Shown piece by piece: positions 10,964 through 19,945 of a stretch of DNA of 64,000 nt (its first letter is position 1; the number at the start of each line of letters is the position of its first letter). The notes under the pieces are model-generated. The model did no database searches and had not been told where the DNA came from. It saw nothing but the letters and a program-made list of their open reading frames with translations. A program made the position numbers and the translations under genes. Origin of the DNA: a phage; NCBI GenBank assembly GCA_033759635.1, contig GCA_033759635.1_4528.1; one strand, given 5' to 3'.

Positions 10964-11308
10964 ATGAAAGGCAATGTTTATCTGGTAGTTCATGATTTAA
11001 CGTTTTATTTTAACGAATATGATACAGTTATTTCTCATCGATTGATTAATTCGCTGTATCAGCATGCCGATTACATCTATGTTCAAAATGAATTTGGTCA
11101 TTGGAAGTTCATTAAAAACCGTTCCGGGTTAACTAGTTTTGAATACTTTGACCGTAAAGACCTTTTAAACGAAATCCCATTGCAACATCGGTTTCAGAAA
11201 CGCGAATCATTATATTATTGCCGTCATATACCAAACGCCGAATGTGTTGATGAAGCAATTAATCTATGGCGTAGACGTAGAGAACAAATTGATGATATGC
11301 CAAAATAA
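10964..11308 (+). CDS. hypothetical protein
   Basis: ORF 10916..11308 overlaps tRNA-Arg; trimmed to the Met with GAGGAA RBS (MKGNVYLVVHDL...). Confidence 0.5.
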   Translation: MKGNVYLVVHDLTFYFNEYDTVISHRLINSLYQHADYIYVQNEFGHWKFIKNRSGLTSFEYFDRKDLLNEIPLQHRFQKRESLYYCRHIPNAECVDEAINLWRRRREQIDDMPK

Positions 11309-11309
11309 G

Positions 11310-11618
11310 AAGCCGGGTCGCTACCGGCAAGTCGTCGGACTGATGTTCCCTGAGTAAGGACTGGTCTTAATAAATCTTTATGATTCGTTAATATCCCCTT
11401 ACATCACAGCAGAAACGGCGCACAGAATTATCGATTCGAGGAAATATCTTTGCCGTAAGCCGAGTAGCGTTTTTGACGGAACGTTCGGATATGGTCGAGA
11501 TATGGCCTTTTAAAAATATTGAGTAGCGTCAACTGCTTAATAACCGGGTTCGAATCCCGGCGTTTCGTACAAACACTTGCCTTAGCAGGTGGAACCCCGA
11601 CAAGGTTACCGCAAGGCT
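11310..11618 (+). ncRNA. ORF-free structured region downstream of the tRNAs; candidate small stable RNA(s)
   Basis: About 300 nt with no plausible plus-strand ORF; contains a perfect T-arm-like element CCGGG-TTCGAAT-CCCGG and a 7-bp acceptor-like pairing (CGGAACG/CGTTTCG), but no clean anticodon arm could be folded; ends in a strong terminator. Confidence 0.3.
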
Positions 11619-11619
11619 T

Positions 11620-11648
11620 AGCCCCTTCCGAAAGGTTGGGGCTTTTTT
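11620..11648 (+). terminator. rho-independent terminator (repeated cassette, copy 1)
   Basis: AGCCCC-ttccgaaaggtt-GGGGCT followed by TTTTTT. Confidence 0.7.
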
Positions 11649-11692
11649 GCATAATAATAAATAGATAAGTTAATTAACTTAGGAAAAGTAAC

Positions 11693-12157
11693 ATGAAATC
11701 ATATGCAGAATTTTTGACTGAACAATCTAGTTCAGATGTAAAAGCCGCTGCGATTGCAGCAATTCAAGCAGGTAAATATTCTTACAAAGACGCCTCTGAT
11801 GAAGAACGTTTCCGTTTTATTAGAGATTTTAAAGCCGAAGGTTTTACTAATGCTAATACTGTTAGCCGAGTTTTTAAAAGCCTAGCTGCATCAGGTGAAT
11901 TGTTCCAGAAAGCTACAGGTAAAGCACCAGCACCAAAAGCGGACCCTAAAGCAGCTCAAGAAAAAAATATCGCCAAAGGAATTATTTCTAAGTATGAAGC
12001 AATTCTTAAAGAACTTTTGGTAATCAAAACTGAAGGTCAGAAACTAGCTCGAGCACATAGCTTCAAAGATAATCCTCACGCTCATAGCCTTGAGTATGTT
12101 GAAGATATCCAAAAACTTATTAAAGACCGTATCTGGTCTGCTAAGCAAATTAAATAG
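11693..12157 (+). CDS. internal-protein-like protein with capsid targeting sequence
   Basis: N-terminus MKSYAEFLTEQ (targeting-sequence-like); 154 aa, Ala/Lys-rich. Confidence 0.5.
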   Translation: MKSYAEFLTEQSSSDVKAAAIAAIQAGKYSYKDASDEERFRFIRDFKAEGFTNANTVSRVFKSLAASGELFQKATGKAPAPKADPKAAQEKNIAKGIISKYEAILKELLVIKTEGQKLARAHSFKDNPHAHSLEYVEDIQKLIKDRIWSAKQIK

Positions 12158-12162
12158 TAGAA

Positions 12163-12190
12163 AGCCCCTTCCTTACGGTTGGGGCTTTTT
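12163..12190 (+). terminator. rho-independent terminator (repeated cassette, copy 2)
   Basis: AGCCCC-ttccttacggtt-GGGGC + TTTTT; near-identical to copies at 11620 and 27026. Confidence 0.7.
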
Positions 12191-12223
12191 GGCATCTAGG
12201 GCATAAAAATATTTCATAAAGAT

Positions 12224-12260
12224 GTTTACTTCTTCCCTAGATGTGTTACTATAGACCTAT
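12224..12260 (+). promoter_or_regulatory. early promoter cassette (GTTTAC ... TGTTACTAT)
   Basis: GTTTAC -35 and extended -10 TGTTACTATAG about 20 nt upstream of the 12281 start. Confidence 0.5.
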
Positions 12261-12280
12261 CAAAACATGAGGAAAATGTT

Positions 12281-12586
12281 ATGAGTCTTTACACTGAACT
12301 GAATAAAAAATCTGAAGAATCTGCTGAAACTATTTTTAAAAACGTGCAAAAGCGTATTTTAGAAAAGATGTATAACACCGCAGCTAAAGGTGAAAAATCT
12401 TGCCGGTTTCCGATGAGGTGTTCTTCAGATTTATGCGCAAACACTATTGAATGGCTGGAAAGTGAAGGTCTTACGGTAGAGAAAAACCCGGCGACTTCTA
12501 TTGATAGCGAATCATATATTAGTATTTCTTGGGATAAACCTCGTACGAATGAAGGACACTACAAGTTGTTAAGTTGGAAAAATTAA
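12281..12586 (+). CDS. hypothetical protein
   Basis: 101-aa ORF with AGGAAA RBS. Confidence 0.5.
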   Translation: MSLYTELNKKSEESAETIFKNVQKRILEKMYNTAAKGEKSCRFPMRCSSDLCANTIEWLESEGLTVEKNPATSIDSESYISISWDKPRTNEGHYKLLSWKN

Positions 12587-12655
12587 AAATAATGATGTAC
12601 AAGCACCAAGGATGGTGATACTATAGACTTATCAACTACAGTGGAGTAAACAAAA

Positions 12656-12819
12656 TGACTACTTTAATTATTTGGTTCGATGAAAATGAAGAAACATACT
12701 GTGTGAATATTGGTGAAAGCCCAATGCCTGAATTTGAATCCTCAGATAAAAACTCTGTTGTATCTTGGGCCGAAGGTTATAAAGCAGCTAAAGGTGATGT
12801 TGAAATAATTTACATCTAA
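12656..12819 (+). CDS. small hypothetical protein (54 aa)
   Basis: Hand-translated MTTLIIWFDENEETYCVNIGESPMPEF...; GGAG RBS; preceded by a promoter-like cassette; below the ORF-track size cutoff. Confidence 0.4.
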
Positions 12820-12866
12820 GTAAGTTTATGTTATAGTAATCACATCAAATCAAGAGGAGAAACAAA

Positions 12867-13094
12867 ATGGCTACAGTTAGTATTGATGTCGTTGATTATG
12901 AATACACTGAAGAAGTTATTCGCAACCGTCACCCTGAAGTTCGTATCGATTCAGTCCAAGATTCCAAGTTTTGGACAACTGAGCTTAATCTGAGTGGTCC
13001 TTATGAAGCTGTTAAGAAGTTCATGGTTGAAGAATACTGCGAAGGCATGCACCCCGAAGACGCTAAGTTTTATGTCAATTTGATTAAAAAATAA
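12867..13094 (+). CDS. hypothetical protein
   Basis: 75-aa ORF with AGGAGA RBS. Confidence 0.5.
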   Translation: MATVSIDVVDYEYTEEVIRNRHPEVRIDSVQDSKFWTTELNLSGPYEAVKKFMVEEYCEGMHPEDAKFYVNLIKK

Positions 13095-13130
13095 TTTACA
13101 AACTCTTGAGAGCAGAGTATAATGCTCTCA
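13095..13130 (+). promoter_or_regulatory. early promoter cassette with stem-loop (PeSL-type)
   Basis: TTTACA -35; inverted repeat TGAGAGCA/TGCTCTCA bracketing GAGTATAAT; near-identical copy at 42931. Confidence 0.55.
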
Positions 13131-13163
13131 TGGATAATAAACCACCAATTGAAAGGTAATAAT

Positions 13164-13757
13164 ATGAACACACTGAAGAAACTTGTTGAATTCATCCGCA
13201 CTAAACTGGGCACTGCTATGGCTAAAAATCTGACTGTAGAAGAACAGTATAACGCAGCTGCAGATAAGTTGATTACTCAAATCAAAGAACTAAAAACGGC
13301 TTCTGTTAAATCTATTAATGAAGAAAAACGTATTCGCGAACTTGTTAATGAAAAGAACAAGCAAGCCGCTTCTAAGGAACGTGAAATTCGTAAGCTCCTG
13401 GCTGAAGGACAAGATGTTACCATGCATGCTAAGCTTGGTCTTCTGTATCGTCGAACTGCCGAACAACTTAATACAAAAGCTGACGGGTACGCCGCTATGC
13501 GAATTGAAATTGCTCGTAAGGTGGTTGAACTTGATGATGCTCGTCAGAATTTGGCAATCAAACTCGAATACATCCGCGAAACTCGAGCAGCCAATGCCCT
13601 TGGTATCTCTACGGCTGATGATGTGATCGAAATTGCTGCACTGACTAAGGTTGATATCGAAGACACTCTGACTCGTGTTGAAACATTCAATGGCACTCCA
13701 GCTGGTGTCGAAACCACTTCTGCTGATGTACAAGAATATATTAACTCTTTGAAATAA
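13164..13757 (+). CDS. coiled-coil protein (possibly PspA-like)
   Basis: ORF 13122..13757 trimmed to [10 protein letters not shown]...; long heptad-rich helical sequence; the PspA resemblance is by eye only. Confidence 0.45.
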   Translation: MNTLKKLVEFIRTKLGTAMAKNLTVEEQYNAAADKLITQIKELKTASVKSINEEKRIRELVNEKNKQAASKEREIRKLLAEGQDVTMHAKLGLLYRRTAEQLNTKADGYAAMRIEIARKVVELDDARQNLAIKLEYIRETRAANALGISTADDVIEIAALTKVDIEDTLTRVETFNGTPAGVETTSADVQEYINSLK

Positions 13758-13765
13758 AATAATAT

Positions 13766-13788
13766 GGAGGACTCCGGTCCTCCTTTTG
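13766..13788 (+). terminator. rho-independent terminator
   Basis: GGAGGAC-tccg-GTCCTCC followed by TTTT. Confidence 0.6.
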
Positions 13789-13806
13789 GATAATAAAGGA
13801 GTTAAC

Positions 13807-14409
13807 ATGCGAAACCAAAATAATGATATTGACTCAATGTTCGAAGAGTTCCGAGATAAGGTAAATCCACCTACGTCTTTAGTTGATTCATTACGATATG
13901 TTTCAACCGGACGTAAATGGTACTGGTCGTCTTCTTATGAGACCACCGAGAAAACGGCTAGCCATAGCAGAAAATCTTTATTAGCCCCAGGTATTATGAT
14001 TCATGATATCGGAGCTATTGCTAAACTAGTTGCAGACCATGATATTAGATTCACTGATTTCGTTGCTCCTACGTGGTCTGTTTGTTGTTTAAACACTGAA
14101 TGGGAATATATCAGCGAACGCTCTGAAGATTATTATGGTTTTAGAGATAAGCTTCTGAGGTCTAATATGTTTTATATCGATACAGAAGTTCTAGTCGATA
14201 ATAAAAAATACTACTTTACGTTAATCGTCGATTCTGAAACTATGTATGAAGGCAAGCCTTTGCTTAAGAGAGTTGATGCTTTAAGTGCTATTGATGCGCT
14301 TTATGAAACTATGGTTGTTAGTCCTAATTTCACTAACAATTTAATCCTTGAGCAATTTATTATGGAATGTAGAGAATATGTCAAAGCCAACCCTATACAT
14401 GCCAAGTAA
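13807..14409 (+). CDS. hypothetical protein
   Basis: ORF 13786..14409 trimmed to the Met after AAGGAG (MRNQNNDIDSMF...). Confidence 0.5.
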   Translation: MRNQNNDIDSMFEEFRDKVNPPTSLVDSLRYVSTGRKWYWSSSYETTEKTASHSRKSLLAPGIMIHDIGAIAKLVADHDIRFTDFVAPTWSVCCLNTEWEYISERSEDYYGFRDKLLRSNMFYIDTEVLVDNKKYYFTLIVDSETMYEGKPLLKRVDALSAIDALYETMVVSPNFTNNLILEQFIMECREYVKANPIHAK

Positions 14410-14773
14410 GCCCTGGGCGTATGAATACAAGCGTAAATTAATCCCAAATGAAGTACTATTTGGCCCTATTTTAGCTTTAGCATTTTTAATCTTTATGATT
14501 ATAGGAGCCGTTTTAGATTTTAGTGAAGTTATATCGTCTGATGCAGCATTTTCATTAATGTTTGTCGCACCACTTATTGTACCGTTTTTATTAATGCCTA
14601 TTAACTGGATGGGATATTGGTACCAAGGACGTCATCACAGGGCCCGATTAAGAGAATGGAAAGTTCAGTGCGCAAAAGCCCAAGCTCAGTATGATGAAGC
14701 TGTTAAAAAGTATGAATATGAAGAAGCTATGGAATTCGTTAAGGAAATAAGATGCAAAAGCCTTAACTCTTAA
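14348..14773 (+). CDS. membrane protein (start uncertain)
   Basis: Two hydrophobic segments; true start probably at an internal Met (14378 or 14399) because the 5' end overlaps the previous gene. Confidence 0.45.
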   Translation: MSNLLWNVENMSKPTLYMPSKPWAYEYKRKLIPNEVLFGPILALAFLIFMIIGAVLDFSEVISSDAAFSLMFVAPLIVPFLLMPINWMGYWYQGRHHRARLREWKVQCAKAQAQYDEAVKKYEYEEAMEFVKEIRCKSLNS

Positions 14774-14814
14774 CCGTATGGCCTTCTCTTGGTGAGAACA
14801 TTCTAATTTTTATT

Positions 14815-15111
14815 ATGAGTATTGGCATGGGATTTGCCTTTGGATTAGTTGGATTTATTATTGACGGCGTTGTGTTAGGATTTATAGGGAACACTGGTGG
14901 ATTCACAGATCAATGGCAGGACTTACGGTATACCCAAGCCTTTGCATCCATCGCATCATTTTGTACTGTAGTCTATTTTTACTACAATTTTATAAACCAT
15001 AACAAGAAAAATAAAAAAGTTTACGCTTCTCAAATGATTAGTTATAATGAACTCCTAGCTAGACGTGAAAATGAAACAATCGAAAACTTTATTAAGGAAT
15101 GTAGAAAATGA
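14815..15111 (+). CDS. small membrane protein, ENFIKECR-tail family (copy 1)
   Basis: N-terminal TM segments; C-terminus ...ENFIKECRK shared with the 17257 and 18250 products. Confidence 0.55.
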   Translation: MSIGMGFAFGLVGFIIDGVVLGFIGNTGGFTDQWQDLRYTQAFASIASFCTVVYFYYNFINHNKKNKKVYASQMISYNELLARRENETIENFIKECRK

Positions 15112-15413
15112 GTAAGATTATTGAAATTAAAGTACCAGAGTTTAATGATGCCAAATCCGCTTCAGATGCAATTTATAAACTTCTGAATCAAGCTGAACGT
15201 ATCGAAGAAGAAGCTACAAAGATTGCAGACCAATATGCAGTATCGTTTTCTGTAGGTGATTATGGTAGCGGTCGTACTTATTATCCTAAGGGTGAAATCG
15301 TATCCCAGTGGATGAAAGATGAAATTGAAAATAATGGCGGCGATGTTAAGCGTGAAGGTAATGGATACGTTATTACTGAAGGTGCTTGGGTTTCATCTTC
15401 TGCGTTGTGCTAA
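15108..15413 (+). CDS. hypothetical protein, WVSSSxxC-tail family (copy 1)
   Basis: 101 aa ending GAWVSSSALC; shares a YGxGxTYY motif with the next gene. Confidence 0.5.
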   Translation: MSKIIEIKVPEFNDAKSASDAIYKLLNQAERIEEEATKIADQYAVSFSVGDYGSGRTYYPKGEIVSQWMKDEIENNGGDVKREGNGYVITEGAWVSSSALC

Positions 15414-15422
15414 GGAATCATT

Positions 15423-15695
15423 ATGTCTAAAGAACAAACCGAACTGGCTGAAGCTGTAGCAAAAATCTATGCAGCTATTGAGGCTGCCAAAGAAATTGCT
15501 GATAAACAAAACACAACATTCGACTTGTATCCAGCTTATGGTATGGGTGGAACGTATTATTCTCCTGGATTCTTGAAAAAAGAACTTGAGCATTATACCG
15601 AACAAGGCAATCCGAATTGGGCCACTGTCAACCAACACTCATATTACACCAGCCTCGAATCAGGTGGTTGGGTTGCATCTTCTATGGAATGCTAA
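15423..15695 (+). CDS. hypothetical protein, WVSSSxxC-tail family (copy 2)
   Basis: 90 aa ending GGWVASSMEC. Confidence 0.5.
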   Translation: MSKEQTELAEAVAKIYAAIEAAKEIADKQNTTFDLYPAYGMGGTYYSPGFLKKELEHYTEQGNPNWATVNQHSYYTSLESGGWVASSMEC

Positions 15696-15704
15696 GGAAA
15701 TCAT

Positions 15705-15902
15705 ATGTCTCGTGAATTAGATTGTGCTGTACGTACGGCAGTAGCTGCTCTGGAAAACCTGTTCCAAATTGCAACAGAAGAACGCGAAGAAGTTACATTA
15801 TGGATTGAAGATAACGCAGGTCTGAATCTCCAGGACGCGATCTCATTATCCCACAATAGTATCACTGTTCAAGGCTGGGTATCATCTAGTTATTCTTGCT
15901 AA
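15705..15902 (+). CDS. hypothetical protein, WVSSSxxC-tail family (copy 3)
   Basis: 65 aa ending QGWVSSSYSC. Confidence 0.5.
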   Translation: MSRELDCAVRTAVAALENLFQIATEEREEVTLWIEDNAGLNLQDAISLSHNSITVQGWVSSSYSC

Positions 15903-15906
15903 AACA

Positions 15907-15944
15907 GTTTACAACAAGATAGGGCTATGTTATAGTAGTCCTAT
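15907..15944 (+). promoter_or_regulatory. early promoter cassette with stem-loop (PeSL-type)
   Basis: GTTTAC + ATAGGGCTA-tgTTATAGT-TAGTCCTAT. Confidence 0.55.
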
Positions 15945-15952
15945 CAAATTAA

Positions 15953-16204
15953 ATGGAGACAACAATGGTTTATTACGAAAGTATCGGAACCGAAGTAGTT
16001 GCTAAAACTATTACTCGTGAAAAGTTTGCAAAGATATTCGATATGCGTTATAAAAAATCTGAACACAAAGGCATCCGATTCGAAGATGCGCACTGTACAA
16101 TTTGCCCTTATAATGAAGACATAAACGGCACAATCGTTCCATTGGTAGAGGCTTCACATGACGACCTCTGGGATGAATATAATATCGCATGTCGCGAAAT
16201 TTAA
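15953..16204 (+). CDS. hypothetical protein
   Basis: 83-aa ORF following a promoter cassette. Confidence 0.5.
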   Translation: METTMVYYESIGTEVVAKTITREKFAKIFDMRYKKSEHKGIRFEDAHCTICPYNEDINGTIVPLVEASHDDLWDEYNIACREI

Positions 16205-16229
16205 GTAATCTAAATTCGAGGAAAATATT

Positions 16230-17186
16230 ATGATGTTAGTTATTGGTTCTCGTGCACTTCACTATCACGGTCTTATTGATTCTAGCGCTATCAAAAATAG
16301 TGATTGGGACTTTATTGCGGACCAATGTTCTTGGAATGCATTCAAAAATCAAATGATGGGTGTATATGTTCACCAAGATAACCCTGGTGTCCAAGTTTTC
16401 AAATGTTTCCATAATGGACGCGAAACTCATTTTGAAGCATACATCGTTCCGGCTATCACTAACGTTCGCGAACTAGTCGGTGAACTCACTCCTGAAGATT
16501 TCACGTCTTCTTATGACCTTTTAAAATACGCCAAGAAAAATTTGACTAAAGACCGTTTGAACGGGTTTTACTGGGCAACTCCTGAGATATGTCTTGCAAT
16601 TAAGATGTCTCATCGTTTCAAGAAAAATAATCCATTCTTTTTAAAGACTATGAACCATATTCAGTATCTTCGTGGTAAAGGTGTTACACTGGACGATGAA
16701 CTTACTGAAATTATGCTGAAACGCCAGAAAGAAACCTTGAACTATGCTCACCCAGTTCTTGACACTTCTAAAAGCGCATTCTTTAAAGATGACATCTATA
16801 CGTATGACCATGATACTATTCACGAAGCCATTGCACTAACAGACCGTCCAGCGTATACATTTTATATGAAAGATGGTTCTGAAGTCATGACCTCACGCGA
16901 GAAGTTCGAATCATTACCAGAAATGGTCAAATTAGCCGGCGTATACGAAGAATCATGTGTACTAGCGTTAGAACGTTCTCAGATTCCTAATAACTTTGAA
17001 ATCCATCCACGTGATAGTTTTATGATGGCATTAGAAAAAGTCTGTACTTCAATCACGTCAGGCTGGTTCCGTGAATACGCTTGGGAAAACTACAGCAAAG
17101 TTGTAAGTATGTACCAAAGCTTAGGACATGACGATTATGTAAAACGTTTTAAACAAAATTTCCATATGGTAAAACCTTTCAAATAA
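16230..17186 (+). CDS. hypothetical protein, possible Pol-beta-type nucleotidyltransferase fold
   Basis: 318 aa; N-terminus IGSRALHYHGLIDSSAIKNSDWDF resembles the hG[GS]...DxD minimal nucleotidyltransferase motif, but spacing is longer than canonical. Confidence 0.4.
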   Translation: MMLVIGSRALHYHGLIDSSAIKNSDWDFIADQCSWNAFKNQMMGVYVHQDNPGVQVFKCFHNGRETHFEAYIVPAITNVRELVGELTPEDFTSSYDLLKYAKKNLTKDRLNGFYWATPEICLAIKMSHRFKKNNPFFLKTMNHIQYLRGKGVTLDDELTEIMLKRQKETLNYAHPVLDTSKSAFFKDDIYTYDHDTIHEAIALTDRPAYTFYMKDGSEVMTSREKFESLPEMVKLAGVYEESCVLALERSQIPNNFEIHPRDSFMMALEKVCTSITSGWFREYAWENYSKVVSMYQSLGHDDYVKRFKQNFHMVKPFK

Positions 17187-17198
17187 TTTCGCAAAACT

Positions 17199-17236
17199 GT
17201 TTACACAATTATAGGACTATGTTATAGTAGTCCTAT
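17199..17236 (+). promoter_or_regulatory. early promoter cassette with stem-loop (PeSL-type)
   Basis: GTTTAC + ATAGGACTA-tgTTATAGT-TAGTCCTAT (same cassette as at 9286). Confidence 0.55.
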
Positions 17237-17256
17237 TAAAACATGAGGAGAATATT

Positions 17257-17562
17257 ATGAAATTAGGCGAAACCAACCGAATTGGTCTTTTAACTATATT
17301 TGTATCACTTTTTTACGTAGCTCTTTCTGTTGCAGTATTACAAAAGGCTTACGATATGGATGGTGTTCCTGGTTTTGTATTCTTATCACCATTTTTATTA
17401 TTCGTCGGGGCTTTGTTATTATATGCCACGACTAGTTTTGACCATAACGTCTGGGTTAATTATAAATGTAAATTGTCTGAAGAAGAACACGCAGAAGCTC
17501 GTAAAAAAACTATTGAATCTACCAATCTAGAAAATTTCATTAAAGAATGTCGAGGAAAATAA
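17257..17562 (+). CDS. small membrane protein, ENFIKECR-tail family (copy 2)
   Basis: Two TM segments; C-terminus ...LENFIKECRGK. Confidence 0.55.
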   Translation: MKLGETNRIGLLTIFVSLFYVALSVAVLQKAYDMDGVPGFVFLSPFLLFVGALLLYATTSFDHNVWVNYKCKLSEEEHAEARKKTIESTNLENFIKECRGK

Positions 17563-17563
17563 T

Positions 17564-18250
17564 ATGAATAGTTCTAAAGTGTTTAATAGTCAAGCTCGTG
17601 CAGTAGGTGGTTTTGCTCATAACGTACAAAATGACCAAATCAAAAATGAACCAATGTTCTTTAACTGTGATTTGAGTTTTGCTTGGGATAACGGCGGTCC
17701 TATTACTCGTAGCTTTATTGCCAATCTCCCAATTGATTGGACTAATCAACATGTTGTATTTGATTCTCGGGTTCATATGCTGATGCCTGGTTGGTATCCT
17801 GCTATTCCTGGATATCACCATGACGATGTTCCTCGCCCTGATATTCCAGTCTGCCAACACTTTATTACTGCAGGACAACCTGACTATGATAACCCTCGTT
17901 ACCATTCTGAACATATTCTTGGTCTTGTTAACGCTGACGTGTGTCCTACTCATTTTGCAACAGGAACTGCAGAGTTCAGTCAGATTCCTGATGGCGAACT
18001 TATCTATCGCCAATGGCACAAAGAAGTCCTCGAAAAAATTGAAAAAGGTGAACTAGAGAAATGGGAAGCTCCAGACCGTACTCTTCTTCAGTTTGATTGG
18101 CAAACATGGCACACTGGTTCTCGTGCAATTAGTAATGGATGGCGTTGGTTCGGACGTGTATCTCGTAATACAGACCGAGTTAAAAAGATTACCAATGAAA
18201 TTCGTGTCAATGCCCAAGTTTATCTGGAATTCCCTATGGAAGGCTGGTAA
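17564..18250 (+). CDS. hypothetical protein (His/Cys-rich)
   Basis: 228-aa ORF; several HxD/HH/Cys clusters suggest metal binding, but no family recognised. Confidence 0.5.
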   Translation: MNSSKVFNSQARAVGGFAHNVQNDQIKNEPMFFNCDLSFAWDNGGPITRSFIANLPIDWTNQHVVFDSRVHMLMPGWYPAIPGYHHDDVPRPDIPVCQHFITAGQPDYDNPRYHSEHILGLVNADVCPTHFATGTAEFSQIPDGELIYRQWHKEVLEKIEKGELEKWEAPDRTLLQFDWQTWHTGSRAISNGWRWFGRVSRNTDRVKKITNEIRVNAQVYLEFPMEGW

Positions 18251-18741
18251 TGATTAACAAAACATATTGGTCTAATATTGTCGACGGCAATGAAGGTATT
18301 TCATACTATTCAGTAGATTGGACAGGATGTCCATCCTACTTAGTGAAACGTATTTGTCAAGAATTTAAAATCGACCAGCCAGCAGGTATTATCGTGAACA
18401 GATACATTAATGGATATCAACCTATCGATGAAGTAATACGAACAACTCAAGCTGATCTTGAAAAGTTTTTCAATAAGTGTCAATGGATAACAGGATGGAT
18501 TATATTTGTACCGTCGGTATGGTTTTTTAGTACTAAAGTAAGTGCCTTTGCCATACCAGATATTATCGCTATCTTATTAGCATCTACTATCGTAAGTATT
18601 ATTGGTGGTATTATTGGTGGAGGTACTATAGGCATCATTATTAATCTTGTTAAAAGTAGTTTACAGGAACGTAAAGACAAGATAAAGGCCAAGAATAATG
18701 AAGTTGAACGTTTTATTACCGAATGCAGGAATTTGAGATGA
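18250..18741 (+). CDS. membrane protein, ENFIKECR-tail family (copy 3)
   Basis: TM segments with a GG-rich helix (IIGGIIGGGTIG); C-terminus ...VERFITECRNLR. Confidence 0.5.
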   Translation: MINKTYWSNIVDGNEGISYYSVDWTGCPSYLVKRICQEFKIDQPAGIIVNRYINGYQPIDEVIRTTQADLEKFFNKCQWITGWIIFVPSVWFFSTKVSAFAIPDIIAILLASTIVSIIGGIIGGGTIGIIINLVKSSLQERKDKIKAKNNEVERFITECRNLR

Positions 18742-18974
18742 GTATAGCAATTTACATTAAATCAGAATCATGTGATAGTTATCTGTACACATATGATAAA
18801 GATGTGTCAGAAGAAAAAATCAAAGACAACCTTAATACGGACCTTGATTTGTTCCGTCCTATTGCAGATTACAAACTTGCGGTCTCTAATAGTGAAAGTC
18901 CATCTAAAGAAACGCGCATTGAAGAATTTATGTCCGAATTAATGGCCAAATCATGGGACCGAGATGATGAGTAA
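18738..18974 (+). CDS. hypothetical protein
   Basis: ORF 18723..18974 trimmed to the Met with AGGA RBS (MSIAIYIKSE...). Confidence 0.45.
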   Translation: MSIAIYIKSESCDSYLYTYDKDVSEEKIKDNLNTDLDLFRPIADYKLAVSNSESPSKETRIEEFMSELMAKSWDRDDE

Positions 18975-19422
18975 GAAAAATAAAGTGAAAGAGATATCAG
19001 CTGGTATTATCTTCATGACAAAAGATAAAGAATTATTCATGGGGCGTGTAACTGGTTCTAGTCCTAAAGGTTCTTTAGCTCATCGGTGGGATATTCCTAA
19101 AGGCCGTGTCGAACCTGGCGAATCTCCTATTGAAGCCGCTATTCGTGAATGCGAAGAAGAAACTGGGTTTACACAATATGACCCTGCCTTCCTGAAAGAC
19201 CTAGGTGAACATAATTACTCAGACAATAAGAATATTCATCTGTTCCTATATACCATCCCTGTAGAGCACGAGCAATTCAGAAACAGTGTTTGTAATTCCT
19301 ATCATACATTCCCGGACGGACGACAGATTCCTGAATTTGATGCATTCGCTTTAATTAAACCTTCTCAATGGGAATATGTAATGGGCAAATCATTATATAA
19401 GGTGCTCACTACCCTCCTATAA
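18964..19422 (+). CDS. nudE: Nudix hydrolase (NudE-like)
   Basis: Nudix box GRVEPGESPIEAAIRECEEETGF; 152 aa; next to lysozyme e as T4 nudE (e.1) is. Confidence 0.8.
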   Translation: MMSKKNKVKEISAGIIFMTKDKELFMGRVTGSSPKGSLAHRWDIPKGRVEPGESPIEAAIRECEEETGFTQYDPAFLKDLGEHNYSDNKNIHLFLYTIPVEHEQFRNSVCNSYHTFPDGRQIPEFDAFALIKPSQWEYVMGKSLYKVLTTLL

Positions 19423-19430
19423 GTAATAAA

Positions 19431-19454
19431 TACCTCCTATAAACGTGGGAGGTA
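19431..19454 (+). promoter_or_regulatory. RBS-sequestering hairpin upstream of lysozyme gene e
   Basis: TACCTCC-tataaacgtg-GGAGGTA; the right arm contains the Shine-Dalgarno GGAGG, 5 nt before the e ATG. Confidence 0.5.
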
Positions 19455-19456
19455 TT

Positions 19457-19945
19457 ATGAATATATTTGAAATGCTTCGTAATGACGAAGGTCTTAGACT
19501 GACTTTATACAAAGACACTGAAGGCTTTTGGACGATTGGCATAGGCCATTTAGTAACAAAGAACCCGTCTTTAGCCGTAGCTAAAGCTGAACTTGACAGA
19601 ATGATCGGTCGTAAATGCAACGGTACAATTACCCTTGATGAGGCTGAAAAGCTATTTAATGAAGACGTTGATAAAGCCGTTCGCGGGATCTTGGGTAATG
19701 CTAAACTTAAACCGGTATATGATTCTTTAGATGCGGTTCGTCGATGTGCATTGGTCAATATGGTCTTCCAAATGGGTGTATCAGGCGTCGCCGGTTTTAC
19801 TAATTCTCTTCGTATGCTTCAACAGAAACGTTGGGATGAAGCGGCAGTAAATTTAGCCCAATCTAAATGGTATCGTCAGACACCTAATCGCGCGAAACGC
19901 GTAATCTCAACATTTAAAACAGGAACTTGGAAAGCGTATATATGA
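19457..19945 (+). CDS. e: endolysin (T4 lysozyme, gene e)
   Basis: [32 protein letters not shown]... is colinear with T4 lysozyme including catalytic Glu11/Asp20/Thr26 context; 162 aa. Confidence 0.95.
   Translation: MNIFEMLRNDEGLRLTLYKDTEGFWTIGIGHLVTKNPSLAVAKAELDRMIGRKCNGTITLDEAEKLFNEDVDKAVRGILGNAKLKPVYDSLDAVRRCALVNMVFQMGVSGVAGFTNSLRMLQQKRWDEAAVNLAQSKWYRQTPNRAKRVISTFKTGTWKAYI

Noticed and set aside
11477-11568. A third tRNA (long-variable-arm type) in the region after tRNA-Arg.
   Set aside because: T-arm and acceptor pairing are convincing, but no canonical D-arm or anticodon arm could be folded by hand; kept only as a low-confidence structured RNA region.
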